Under the pieces are notes generated by a model. That model was given only the letters and a program-made list of their open reading frames with translations. It was not told where the DNA came from and searched no databases. This document shows, piece after piece, positions 38,276 to 47,409 of a stretch of 64,000 nucleotides of DNA (its first letter is position 1; every line of letters begins with the position of its first letter). This DNA is from Acidilobaceae archaeon (lineage in GTDB: Archaea; Thermoproteota; Thermoprotei_A; Sulfolobales; Acidilobaceae), in the NCBI GenBank assembly GCA_038897215.1, contig JAWAWX010000001.1:672001-736000 (forward strand), in the 5' to 3' direction. A program made the translations under genes and the position numbers.

Positions 38276-39016
38276 TTATTGGGTTTGTTGTGCTTTAGCT
38301 CCCCTCTTCCTCCCCGTTCTCCTGGCAGCTATGTGTCCCACCTTTCTGCCTGGTGGCGCATTCCTGCTTACAGTGGAGGGTTTGCTCTTCCTCTGGTGTC
38401 TACCTCCACCGAATGGGTGGCAGGCTGCTATCATGGCTACTCCTCTCACTCTAGGCCACTTTCTCGCCTTCCTCTTCCACTTATGGTAAGCGTTCCCCGC
38501 TTTCATTAACGGCTTCTCTATCCTCCCAGCTCCAGCAGGGATCCCTATTGTGGCTCTGCAATCCCCGCTTAGGGTCTTCTGCTTACCGCTTGGTAGGAGT
38601 AGCACCACATCGTTACCACTCTTGCCTAAGACTACGCAATAGCTTCCAGCTTGTCTCGCTATCCTGCCGCCATCTCCCGGTCTTAGCTCCACGTTACAGA
38701 CTAGAGTGCCTTCAGGGATATTCTTGAGCATTGTGACATTACCTGGAGATATGCTAGCCCCCGGTCCGACTTCTATCACCTGCCCTTCGTACATCCCCTC
38801 AACAGCAGGCATCAAGAACTCTTCCCCCGTATCCATGACTACTCTAGCTAGAGGCACATACCTCCCCGGGTCGTGCACGAGCTCCACCACTCTAGCCTTA
38901 CGGGTAGCTGATCCATCGAGAGGCGGGTACTTAGCAGAGCCTACTCTCAGATGCGAGGGGCTTCTGAAAGTCGGCGACCCCTTCCCTGCTCTCTGCTGAA
39001 TTAAGCTCCTACCCAT
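38276..39016 (-). CDS. rpl2: 50S ribosomal protein L2
   Basis: HDPGR, PGDGG, LPSG, WPRVRGVAM..HPFGGG and PPGRKVG motifs. Confidence 0.98.
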   Translation of the reverse strand: MGRSLIQQRAGKGSPTFRSPSHLRVGSAKYPPLDGSATRKARVVELVHDPGRYVPLARVVMDTGEEFLMPAVEGMYEGQVIEVGPGASISPGNVTMLKNIPEGTLVCNVELRPGDGGRIARQAGSYCVVLGKSGNDVVLLLPSGKQKTLSGDCRATIGIPAGAGRIEKPLMKAGNAYHKWKRKARKWPRVRGVAMIAACHPFGGGRHQRKSKPSTVSRNAPPGRKVGHIAARRTGRKRGAKAQQTQ

Positions 39017-39254
39017 AGACTAGGCCCTAACAAAGCACTCGCCGAGCAGACCCTAAAATAGGTTACTTGAAGACACCACCAGCCACTCCATGATTTAAAC
39101 TAGCTCACACAACCAGACTCAGCTAGGCGAGCATATCGCTACCACTACTAGGTATCAGCAATCCTGGGCTTCGTCTACGCTCTGGAGGAAGACTTCTCGT
39201 CGTAGAGCTATATATCCTCTGAGGTTTACGAGAGAATAGCGGAGGCAGTATCTA

Positions 39255-40145
39255 TTGAGTGAGGTCGTGGTCGCTGAAGAGCTAACAAAGTATTATGATG
39301 GGAAGCTAGGTATTGAGGATGTCAGCTTTACCGTTAGAAGAGGAGAAGTCTTCTGCTACCTAGGCCCCAATGGCTCGGGGAAGACTACGACAATTAGGCT
39401 AATGCTGGGGCTCATTAAGCCTTCGAGAGGGAGAGTCTTGGTGATGGGGGTTGATTCGAGGGACGAAATTAGGATGGCTCACGTCAAGAAGAGTGTAGGC
39501 TACCTGCCTGAAGAGCTAGGATTTCCGCGCGGCTTGCGCAGCGGCGAGATCCTACGATACTTTAAGTCTATGAGAGGAGATGCTCCTAGGCTAGACGAGG
39601 TTCTCGAGCTGTTCCCTCTAGACCTCGAGAAGAGAGTCGAGGAATACTCTAGAGGCATGAAGCAGGCTTTAGCAATAGCTCTTGCTTTCATGCACGACCC
39701 AGACCTCGTTATCCTAGATGAGCCCACGACGGGTCTCGACCCTCTTCTAAGAGAGAGGTTTCTCGCCTTCGTCAAGAGGGAGGCTGAGAGAGGGAAGACT
39801 GTCTTTCTCTCGTCCCACGTGCTCAGCGAGGTTCAGAAAGTCGCTAGTAGAGTCTGTCTGATCAAAGGTGGTAGAATAGTCGCTATTGAGGACTTAAACT
39901 CTCTCCTCTCCAAGCACGGTAAGATACTGAGAGCTAGGCTGAAAGAGCCTCTACGCTTAAGCGAGCTAGAGAGCTGGGATGGAGTAGTTAAAGCCCGTGT
40001 GTCCAATGATGGGAGAGAGATAGAGGCAGTAGTGAAGAGCGGCTACTCCAGAGTACTAGAGATGCTAGCTCGCTATCACGTAGAAGACATCGAGATCAGA
40101 AGCATGACTCTCGAAGAGTTCTTCCTCCACTTCTACGAGAGGTGA
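39255..40145 (+). CDS. ABC transporter ATP-binding protein
   Basis: GPNGSGKTT, YSRGMKQ, LDEPT and SSH motifs. Confidence 0.95.
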   Translation: MSEVVVAEELTKYYDGKLGIEDVSFTVRRGEVFCYLGPNGSGKTTTIRLMLGLIKPSRGRVLVMGVDSRDEIRMAHVKKSVGYLPEELGFPRGLRSGEILRYFKSMRGDAPRLDEVLELFPLDLEKRVEEYSRGMKQALAIALAFMHDPDLVILDEPTTGLDPLLRERFLAFVKREAERGKTVFLSSHVLSEVQKVASRVCLIKGGRIVAIEDLNSLLSKHGKILRARLKEPLRLSELESWDGVVKARVSNDGREIEAVVKSGYSRVLEMLARYHVEDIEIRSMTLEEFFLHFYER

Positions 40146-40957
40146 TGGTTGTGCTAGCACTCGTAGCGTACGAGTTTAGGCTGAGGAGAAGGTCTCTCCT
40201 CGGCTGGTCGATCCTAATCATTCTCTACCTAGGGCTCCTCACGTGGGCCTGGAGAGCTGGAGCTAGAGAGCTAGGAGAGGTCTACGAGCAGATAATCTCC
40301 CAATACCCAGAGGAGTTCATAAAGCTCTTCGCTAAAGAAGTCCCGCGAGCATTCAGAGCGGAGGCCTTCTACGTGATCGAGTACTTCGTATTCGCTTACG
40401 TCATGGCTCTAGGAGCCTACGTCTCCTACCTTGGAGCAGGCTTGATCGTAGACGATGTTCTCGAGAGGACTGGCTCTCTCGTTCTATCTATGCCTATCTC
40501 TAGGAGGGGACTGCTAGCTTCGAGATTCCTATCTCTGCTACTCCTCTCTACCTCAATCTCTCTAGCCTCGCTTGCTACCACGGTTGCTATATACGGAGCT
40601 CTAGGAGCTCACGAAGACTTCAGATACTCCAATATAGCTCTCCTACACCTCAATGGAGTATTCTATCTAGCTACCTGCGCAGCCTTGGGTGTTCTCGTGG
40701 GAGCGATTCTACCATTCCATCTAGCTAAGCCTGCTGTTGCCGGGCTAGCTCTACTGTGCTATGTGGTTGACGTTATGACTGCTGAGACAAGCCTGGAGGT
40801 GATAGGCTATCTGGCTCCTTCGCGCTACATCGATGTGATGAGCATAGCTGTAGAGGGTTCTCTTAGCTCAACCAATCTAGCGGTCTTAGCGGTGCTCACA
40901 GCACTCCTTCTACTTGCTTCAATTCCACTCTACGAGAGGAAAGACCTGCCAGTGTGA
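40142..40957 (+). CDS. ABC-2-type transporter permease
   Basis: Six TM segments, LSMPISR and C-terminal RKDL; overlaps the ATPase stop. Confidence 0.9.
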   Translation: MMVVLALVAYEFRLRRRSLLGWSILIILYLGLLTWAWRAGARELGEVYEQIISQYPEEFIKLFAKEVPRAFRAEAFYVIEYFVFAYVMALGAYVSYLGAGLIVDDVLERTGSLVLSMPISRRGLLASRFLSLLLLSTSISLASLATTVAIYGALGAHEDFRYSNIALLHLNGVFYLATCAALGVLVGAILPFHLAKPAVAGLALLCYVVDVMTAETSLEVIGYLAPSRYIDVMSIAVEGSLSSTNLAVLAVLTALLLLASIPLYERKDLPV

Positions 40958-41066
40958 GGGTCTAGGAGAGCGTGAAGCGTGCTGGAGATCTCTACGATAC
41001 TGAGTCGCTTCACGCATAATACTTTATAAGAACTCGCTTGCTACTAAAAAGAGATGGGTTAATCCT

Positions 41067-41471
41067 GTGAGCGTTCGAGCTGAAGCATCTCCTATAGCAA
41101 TAACCTCGGAGATCTCGAGACTGCTCAAAAGACCTCCTGTCTACGTGCACCAGTCAGTTAGCGTTAGGGACGCTGTTTTAACAATGTATAGAGAGAACGT
41201 TGGGAGCATTCTCGTAGTCGATGAGAGAGGCATGCTTGTAGGAATATTTACTGAGAGAGACCTAGTGAGAATAGTAGCTCTAGGAGTGTCTCTCGAAACC
41301 CCCATATCCGAAGTTATGACTGTAAATCCGGTTTCTGTAAAGGCCAACGCTAGGATAGTAGATGTAGTCGAGATCATGGTAGAGAAGAGAATCAGACATG
41401 TTCCGGTAGTCGATGAAATGGGGAGACCCGTGGGAGTAGTCTCTGTAAGAGATATAGTTGACGTAATGTGA
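41067..41471 (+). CDS. CBS-domain protein
   Basis: Two CBS repeats (GIFTERD; RHVPVVD...GVVSVRD). Confidence 0.92.
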   Translation: MSVRAEASPIAITSEISRLLKRPPVYVHQSVSVRDAVLTMYRENVGSILVVDERGMLVGIFTERDLVRIVALGVSLETPISEVMTVNPVSVKANARIVDVVEIMVEKRIRHVPVVDEMGRPVGVVSVRDIVDVM

Positions 41472-41504
41472 TAATGTGAACTTATTAGGTTTAGTGATTT
41501 TACA

Positions 41505-43127
41505 GTGGTCCTCCTCGGTGCTCTATTCTTGCCCGAGAAGAAGCTTCCCTCAGATAACGCTAGTTCTCTAGGAGGAACTAGGCTCAGAGTCCAGGATTAC
41601 ACTCCCATAAGCGGGCTGTGTGCTCTATGCATTCCCGAGAAGTGCTTGTTTCTCTGCGAGGTCTCTAAGGCTGCTTTGAGAGGGAGAGAGACTCTATACC
41701 CTGAAGTCGAGGAGTTCGGCTATTCTACTGCAGCAGCTAACAAAGACTATGGACTCGACTGGTCTGATATACAGCTTCTCCCCAATCTCTCTGAGTTCTA
41801 CGGAGTAGAGAGCGACGAGTTCCTCTTCGAGGATGTCAGCGTCGAGGCTAGATTTGCTGGCATCAGATTAAAGCTACCTGTCTTCATAGCTGCTCTAGGC
41901 TCAACTGATATAGCTAGAAAGCACTGGGAGGGGCTAGCGGCAGGAGCCGCTATATCGGGGACCATGATTGTTGTCGGAGAGAACGTCTGCGGTATGGACT
42001 CGAAAGCCGTCTTCTCTCAGGGCGTCGTCAGAGAAAGCCCCGAGCTAGAGAGGAGAGTGCGAGCTTTCAGAGACTACTGGGACGGAGTCTACGGCGATAT
42101 CGCTGTCCAGACCAATGTAGAGGATGAGATGATGGGCGTAGACTTCTACGCTCTATCTAAGCTAGAGGTTGGTATTATCGAGAAGAAGTTCGGCCAAGGA
42201 GCTAAGAGCATCGGGGGAGAGGTGAGGATATCGAGTATAGAGAGAGCTCTAGAGCTGAAGAAGAGAGGCTACATAGTGATCCCGGACCCCGAAGATGAGG
42301 CTGTGAGAGAAGCTTATAGAAGAGGTTTAATCAAATCCTTTGAGAGACACAGTAGAGTGAAGAAGCCCGATGTAGACTCGTTCCTCGAGAGAGTAGACAG
42401 GCTTAGAGAAGCTGGAGCAAAGAGAGTACTAATAAAAACAGGGTCCTACAGACCTGCTGCTGTAGCTTTCGTCATGAAGCTCGCGTCTACGGCTAGGATA
42501 GACGGAGTGACGTTTGACGGAGCTGGCGGAGGCACGGGTATGTCTCCAGTGTCTATGATGAATGAGAGTGGAGTCCCCACGATCTACCTCGAAGTCTGGG
42601 CTGTTAGAGCGGCTGAGATACTCTCAAAGAGAGGAGCGCACGTGCCCGACATAGCTATGGCTGGAGGCTTCTCTAGCGAGCATCATGTAGTCAAAGCGAT
42701 TGCTCTAAGCGGGGTCAACGGTGAGCCCTACGTGAAAGCTGTCGCTATGGCTAGAGCCCCCATACTAGCTGTTGCTAAATCGAAGCTCTTACTGAGCCTA
42801 GCTAGAGAAGGCAAGCTCCCCCCAGAGCTAGCTAGGAGATGGGGCTCTGAGCCAGCTCGGCTCTTCACCTCCTACGATGAACTCTCGCGAGAATACGGGA
42901 GGAGAGTCGGGGACCTCGTAGAGAGCGGAGCTATAGGTCTCTACACGTACTTCAAGAAGATAGCTATCGGGATAAAGATACTGCTAGCTGGTCAGAGGAA
43001 AGCATCACTCTATCTCCTCAACCGCAGAGACCTGGCAGCGTTAACAGAGAGAGCTTCTAGAGTGACGGGTCTACCTCTCGTCAGCGAGGTTGACGAAGAC
43101 TTATTCAACGCCATACTATCAGCGTAG
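41505..43127 (+). CDS. FMN-binding glutamate synthase family protein (stand-alone)
   Basis: N-terminal Cys cluster, ALGST, GENVCG, FGQGAKSIGGE, DGAGGGTGMSP and AGG motifs. Confidence 0.88.
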   Translation: MVLLGALFLPEKKLPSDNASSLGGTRLRVQDYTPISGLCALCIPEKCLFLCEVSKAALRGRETLYPEVEEFGYSTAAANKDYGLDWSDIQLLPNLSEFYGVESDEFLFEDVSVEARFAGIRLKLPVFIAALGSTDIARKHWEGLAAGAAISGTMIVVGENVCGMDSKAVFSQGVVRESPELERRVRAFRDYWDGVYGDIAVQTNVEDEMMGVDFYALSKLEVGIIEKKFGQGAKSIGGEVRISSIERALELKKRGYIVIPDPEDEAVREAYRRGLIKSFERHSRVKKPDVDSFLERVDRLREAGAKRVLIKTGSYRPAAVAFVMKLASTARIDGVTFDGAGGGTGMSPVSMMNESGVPTIYLEVWAVRAAEILSKRGAHVPDIAMAGGFSSEHHVVKAIALSGVNGEPYVKAVAMARAPILAVAKSKLLLSLAREGKLPPELARRWGSEPARLFTSYDELSREYGRRVGDLVESGAIGLYTYFKKIAIGIKILLAGQRKASLYLLNRRDLAALTERASRVTGLPLVSEVDEDLFNAILSA

Positions 43128-43193
43128 AGTCTAAGCTCTCTGAACGTATAACTCTCAGTCTTTCAACCAGCTCTTGGAGGAGGCGTCTCCACA

Positions 43194-43751
43194 TTGTCTA
43201 GCGGGGAGTCTAGGAGGAAGATTCCTAGAGACGACGAGTTAGAGAAGATTGCCAGCATAGCTGCAGAAAAGGCTGCTCTAATCGTCAGCAAGGGTGTGCT
43301 AGCAGAGCTGAGGAGGATCAGAGAGACTCTAGAGTCGATCGAGTCCGAGCTGAGAGAGATAAGAGATCTCTTGAGGAGTAGCGAGAGAAGAGAAGAGGTA
43401 TCGAGAAAGCGTGGGAGAGAGGAGAAGCTGGAGTCTCTACTCTCTCTACTGAGAGAGAGCAAGTACGTTCTAGCTAGTGATGCCTCGAGGAGGCTCAAGA
43501 TAGGAGTCGAGGAGATCCTCAGGCTAGCCTACGAGAAAGCTAGAGTGCTAGAAGCTAGTGGAGACATAGTGGTCATGAGTGATGAATCCTATAGAGAGTT
43601 CAAGAGTCTCCTCGAGAAAGTAAAGTCTAGCGACCCTAGTGAAGCCTCTTCATCAATGGGAGCCTACAGCAGACTCTTCGATATGCTTAGAAGAGCTGGA
43701 CTCGTCTACTACGACTACAAGAGAAGCTCTTGGACTCTACTAGAGAGCTAG
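43194..43751 (+). CDS. Hypothetical coiled-coil protein, possible C-terminal winged helix
   Basis: Heptad-like N-terminal half; C-terminal LF..L...GLVYYD....W. Confidence 0.65.
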   Translation: MSSGESRRKIPRDDELEKIASIAAEKAALIVSKGVLAELRRIRETLESIESELREIRDLLRSSERREEVSRKRGREEKLESLLSLLRESKYVLASDASRRLKIGVEEILRLAYEKARVLEASGDIVVMSDESYREFKSLLEKVKSSDPSEASSSMGAYSRLFDMLRRAGLVYYDYKRSSWTLLES

Positions 43752-43818
43752 GGAAAAAGCTACCTCGCTTATTAATCTCCTCTAGATCTCGGGAGTCTCC
43801 TGGAGGCGGTGACTCCCC

Positions 43819-44589
43819 GTGAGTCTAATCGAGGAGGTCGAAGCTCCTAGAGCTGTCTTGAGGTATCCGGATGCGAAAGTCTTCGAGGGATTCGTATCGA
43901 CTCTCTCAGAAGTCATGGATGAAGCGCTCTTCGTAATAACGAGCGATGGCGTGAAGGTTAGAGGCATGGATCCCGCTAAGATATCCTACATCGAGGTCTT
44001 TATGCCTAGAGAAGCGTTTCTAGACTACTCAGTAGAAGAGGAGCCAGTAGAGATGGGGCTTAATCTAGACCTACTAGGCGAGATCATCGTGGCTAAGAAG
44101 GGTAGCCCTATTGAGTTCAGAGTAGTAGCAGACAAGGTCTTAGTGTCTATAGAGACTCTTAGTGTTAAGCGCTACCTGCTCCCCAACATAGAGGTAGCTA
44201 TAAGCGTCCCTGAGGACGTAAGGCTAGAGCATAAGGCTAGAGCTCTCCTAATCTCGGACGCTTTCAGGAAAGCTATAGCCGATATCGAGAGCGTCTCTGA
44301 TATCGTTGAGTTTAGAGCGAGCGAGGAGCAGCTAGTGATATCGAGTGTTGGAGAAGACAAGTCTAGAGTCTCGGCTCGCTTCACTAGAGAGACCTCGGCT
44401 CTGCTAAGCCTAGAGGTAGAGGAGGAGTCCTCCGCTAGATACGATGTATCATACGTGAGCAGAGTAGCCGGGATGTCTAGAGTGGCTGACACAGTGGAGA
44501 TAGGCTTCTCGTCAGACAAGCCTCTGGAGTTGAAGCTGAAGAGCCCCGATGGCTCTCTAGTCAGGTATCTCTTAGCCCCTACAGTCTAG
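43819..44589 (+). CDS. pcn: DNA polymerase sliding clamp PCNA
   Basis: DEALF, MDPAKIS, SARYD..Y, PL.L and YLLAP motifs. Confidence 0.93.
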   Translation: MSLIEEVEAPRAVLRYPDAKVFEGFVSTLSEVMDEALFVITSDGVKVRGMDPAKISYIEVFMPREAFLDYSVEEEPVEMGLNLDLLGEIIVAKKGSPIEFRVVADKVLVSIETLSVKRYLLPNIEVAISVPEDVRLEHKARALLISDAFRKAIADIESVSDIVEFRASEEQLVISSVGEDKSRVSARFTRETSALLSLEVEEESSARYDVSYVSRVAGMSRVADTVEIGFSSDKPLELKLKSPDGSLVRYLLAPTV

Positions 44590-44596
44590 CGCTACG

Positions 44597-45187
44597 TCAC
44601 GCTCGGCAGGAGTAGAGGGGGCTAATGCCGGCTCTCGCGGAGAGCTCCTCAACTCTAGCGAGCCAGCTTGCTCCAGCCAGCCTAGGTAGTAGAGCAGCTA
44701 GAACAGCCTGTTCTGTCAGCTCTTGTCTCGTCACGAATCCAGAGCTGAGGTAGCCGATGTAGCCTATGCTTTCTCCCAAGTCTTTAACCCCCCGGTTAAC
44801 GCGAACCAACTGGGAGAGCTCGCCACCCAAGAGCATAGCCGGGACGATCGAGGGGTCGATCTCGAAGCCCGAGCTGAGCCCCACGCTAACTCTACAGTCT
44901 CTATCAACTATGACTGCTACCTCGATCTCGATGAACCCCGAGCTGGTGTAGAACTCTATCGGGCCAGCCTCGATGCCAACACCCCACTCAGCTCTCTTCA
45001 TCGATAGCGCTCCAAGAGCTCTCTCGAGAGCGCCTAGAAGCACGTCTCTACTACCAACAGGCTGAGACCCGACGCTTGTCTCCACTGAGACACCCTCTAC
45101 GACAGCATCGTAGTATCGCGAGAGAACTCTCTCAACAGCTCTCAGCTTGACGGGATTCAAGCTACCCACAGCAACCCTGAAAGACAC
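44597..45187 (-). CDS. yjjX: Inosine/xanthosine triphosphatase (YjjX family)
   Basis: VGSLNPVK, V..QP, GA..RA, GVGIEAG and G.IG.LS.G..TR motifs. Confidence 0.9.
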   Translation of the reverse strand: MSFRVAVGSLNPVKLRAVERVLSRYYDAVVEGVSVETSVGSQPVGSRDVLLGALERALGALSMKRAEWGVGIEAGPIEFYTSSGFIEIEVAVIVDRDCRVSVGLSSGFEIDPSIVPAMLLGGELSQLVRVNRGVKDLGESIGYIGYLSSGFVTRQELTEQAVLAALLPRLAGASWLARVEELSARAGISPLYSCRA

Positions 45188-45383
45188 TAGCGTAGCCCCG
45201 AATGCTAGAGCAGTGAGGAAGAGGGTATAAGAGTCTCAGCGATACCGGTAGAAGCGTTGAGAACACGAGCGCGCTCTCGTCTCTACTAGCCTATCGCTTC
45301 TCACGCTCTCGAAGACGCTATTGCTAGAGCTTTCTCTACACTACTTATAAGCCTCTGCTTGAGAGAAGCTCGAGGGACAGCGA

Positions 45384-45548
45384 ATGCCTGTAACAGACCC
45401 GCAGCTACTAGCGATATTCGAGGCTAGAGTACTCAATAAGAAGGTCTGTAGAAAGTGTGGAGCGCTAAACCCCATGTCGGCAGTCAAGTGTAGAAGGTGT
45501 AGGAGCACTAATCTGAGACCGAAGAAGAAGCTCGTTGGTAAGAAGTAG
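45384..45548 (+). CDS. rpl40e: 50S ribosomal protein L40e
   Basis: Not in the ORF track (54 aa): MPVTDP...[29 protein letters not shown]. Confidence 0.96.
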   Translation: MPVTDPQLLAIFEARVLNKKVCRKCGALNPMSAVKCRRCRSTNLRPKKKLVGKK

Positions 45549-45560
45549 GGAAAGGAGGTT

Positions 45561-46115
45561 ATGCCTCTAAGAATTCCTCTCCACGAGGCTTGCGTTAGGA
45601 GAAGAGCGCTCTGCCCGTCTTGTATGAGTAAGGTGAAGAGCGGAGAGGTAGCGGAGTGGGAGGTGGAGGTATTCAAGGCTCTCTTTTCAGCGGTAGAGAA
45701 GAAGGGGGTTAGCGACGAGCTGAGATATGTGGCGTCAGCGATAGCCGGCTCGACTCTCTACGTGGCGGTCGAGGGCAATGAGATAGCTATGCTCGAGGAT
45801 GAGGTGTCTAGAGCTCTCTCGATACCTCGCGTAGCTAGAGTTAGGATGCTCTTCTTCAAGGGGGGAGAATTAGGGCTACTGGAGAGAATATATGGTCAGA
45901 AAGTACTTTCGGTTAACAAGGTTTACGACCCTGATGGCAGTATCCAGGTCTACGTGAAGGTACCTAGGCCAGACCCTGGAGCCGATAAGCTAGCATCTCT
46001 ACTCCTGAAAGTCAGAGTTCAAAGCATCGGGTCGGAGGAGCAGCATAAAGCAGAGAGAGTTTCTAGTACTAGAAGAGCTGATGTTAGGAAGCTTCTAGAG
46101 AAGCTCTTCATGTAA
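45561..46115 (+). CDS. Archaeal NusA-like transcription factor
   Basis: IPL...C.R...LCPSC..KV..GEV N-terminal signature; VNKVY.PDG. Confidence 0.7.
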   Translation: MPLRIPLHEACVRRRALCPSCMSKVKSGEVAEWEVEVFKALFSAVEKKGVSDELRYVASAIAGSTLYVAVEGNEIAMLEDEVSRALSIPRVARVRMLFFKGGELGLLERIYGQKVLSVNKVYDPDGSIQVYVKVPRPDPGADKLASLLLKVRVQSIGSEEQHKAERVSSTRRADVRKLLEKLFM

Positions 46116-47163
46116 ACCACTGGTCGAGCTTTCTCTGCTTAACCTTAACGTGCTCCCTATAGGCTCTCTTAAGTCTCTCCATAGCGTTAGCTACTCTCTC
46201 CTTGTTGAAGTCATGTCTCTCCACGAGTATCTCGTGAACTCTCCTCTCGTCGGGCTCCTTGAAGACTATCCGGTAATCTGTTCTCACGGGTGGCTTCAGG
46301 AAGTACTCGTAGACAGCTACCGGGTCTACCCCTTCTCCCCACTCGGCTCTCGGAATACTCTGAAGAGCTTTGACGGGGTCTCCTATGGTCTTAACGTATC
46401 TGTACGCTTTCTGGACCCCCCACCCTCTAGCTCCTCCAGGATTGTAGTCTGTGCCTACTATCACAGCGATCGCTATCAACTGCTCTCTGCTGATTCCTAG
46501 AGCTTTGAGCAAGTCTTCTAGCACTATGAGCTCCGGCTTGATCTCAACGTATTCATCTCTTCCAGGCATCTTCCTCCTACCCGTTATAGCTAGATTTCTG
46601 ATGAGACGCTTGGCTCCAAATAGTAGGCTATCATAGTCCTGGCTTCCGGTAGCGTAAGCATCTCCTCTGATAGTCATGAAGGCTGCTTGAGCCTCCCCCT
46701 CTGCTTCTGCTTGAACAGAGGGGACTCCCATAGCGTCTAGTAGCTCTCTAGTCTCCGAGACCATCTCGGAGGTGAGCCTGCTAGCTGCCTGAGCATACTT
46801 CCTGGCTTCTTCGAGCAAGCCTGCCTCGAGAGCCTCCCTGTACCTGGCTTCCGCCTCAGCTCTCCTCCTAGCTCTCTCCTCGAGCTCTCTTGCTTTGAGC
46901 TCAGGAGGCTTCCCGTCGAAGACGTAGACCGGCTTGACCCCCTCCTCTACCAGGCTCACGGTTCTGTAGAAGATGCCGCTCAAGTGGCTGGTGACCCTCC
47001 CCTCTCTATCCATGAGAGGGGTTCCGTCAGGTTGCCTTATGGCTGAGAGGAATTGGTATAGCATATTGTAGGCGTCGAGAGCCACAACCTCTCCTCTGAG
47101 GCTAGAGAGCTCCACCTCTCTCCTAGCCTTCTCAGGCACGAGGTCTCTGAGATTGACCCCCAA
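46108..47163 (-). CDS. fen: Flap endonuclease 1
   Basis: DAYNMLYQFL, TSHLSG, EGEAQAA, SQDYD, GTDYN and C-terminal PIP box QRKLDQWF. Confidence 0.98.
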   Translation of the reverse strand: MGVNLRDLVPEKARREVELSSLRGEVVALDAYNMLYQFLSAIRQPDGTPLMDREGRVTSHLSGIFYRTVSLVEEGVKPVYVFDGKPPELKARELEERARRRAEAEARYREALEAGLLEEARKYAQAASRLTSEMVSETRELLDAMGVPSVQAEAEGEAQAAFMTIRGDAYATGSQDYDSLLFGAKRLIRNLAITGRRKMPGRDEYVEIKPELIVLEDLLKALGISREQLIAIAVIVGTDYNPGGARGWGVQKAYRYVKTIGDPVKALQSIPRAEWGEGVDPVAVYEYFLKPPVRTDYRIVFKEPDERRVHEILVERHDFNKERVANAMERLKRAYREHVKVKQRKLDQWFT

Positions 47164-47309
47164 TAGCTACCCCGCTCTATAGAGTATAGAGGCGAGTGCT
47201 AAGTATCTAACCATCGCGCTCCGGGAAACCGTCGTGCTAAGCGATAGCTAGCCAGTCTAAGATAGCTAAACCACATATAAAGGCTCCTGCTCCAGGGTCT
47301 CGAGACTGG

Positions 47310-47409
47310 GGGGCCGTCGTCTAGCCTGGCTAGGATGCCAGCCTGGGGAGCGAATCCCTAGAGCCCGGAGCGCTGGTGGTCCCGGGTTCAAATCCCGGCG
47401 GCCCCACCA
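47310..47409 (+). tRNA. tRNA-Pro(GGG) with a 22-nt intron (47349-47370) at position 37/38, CCA encoded
   Basis: Acceptor GGGGCCG/CGGCCCC; anticodon GGG at 47345-47; bulge-helix-bulge with CTGG/CCGG central helix and GGA/AGC bulges; TATA-like ATATAAAG at ~47274. Confidence 0.95.

Noticed and set aside
39115-39185. Possible C/D box sRNA on the - strand (two CTGA boxes)
   Set aside because: The C and C' boxes are too degenerate and I recognised no target.
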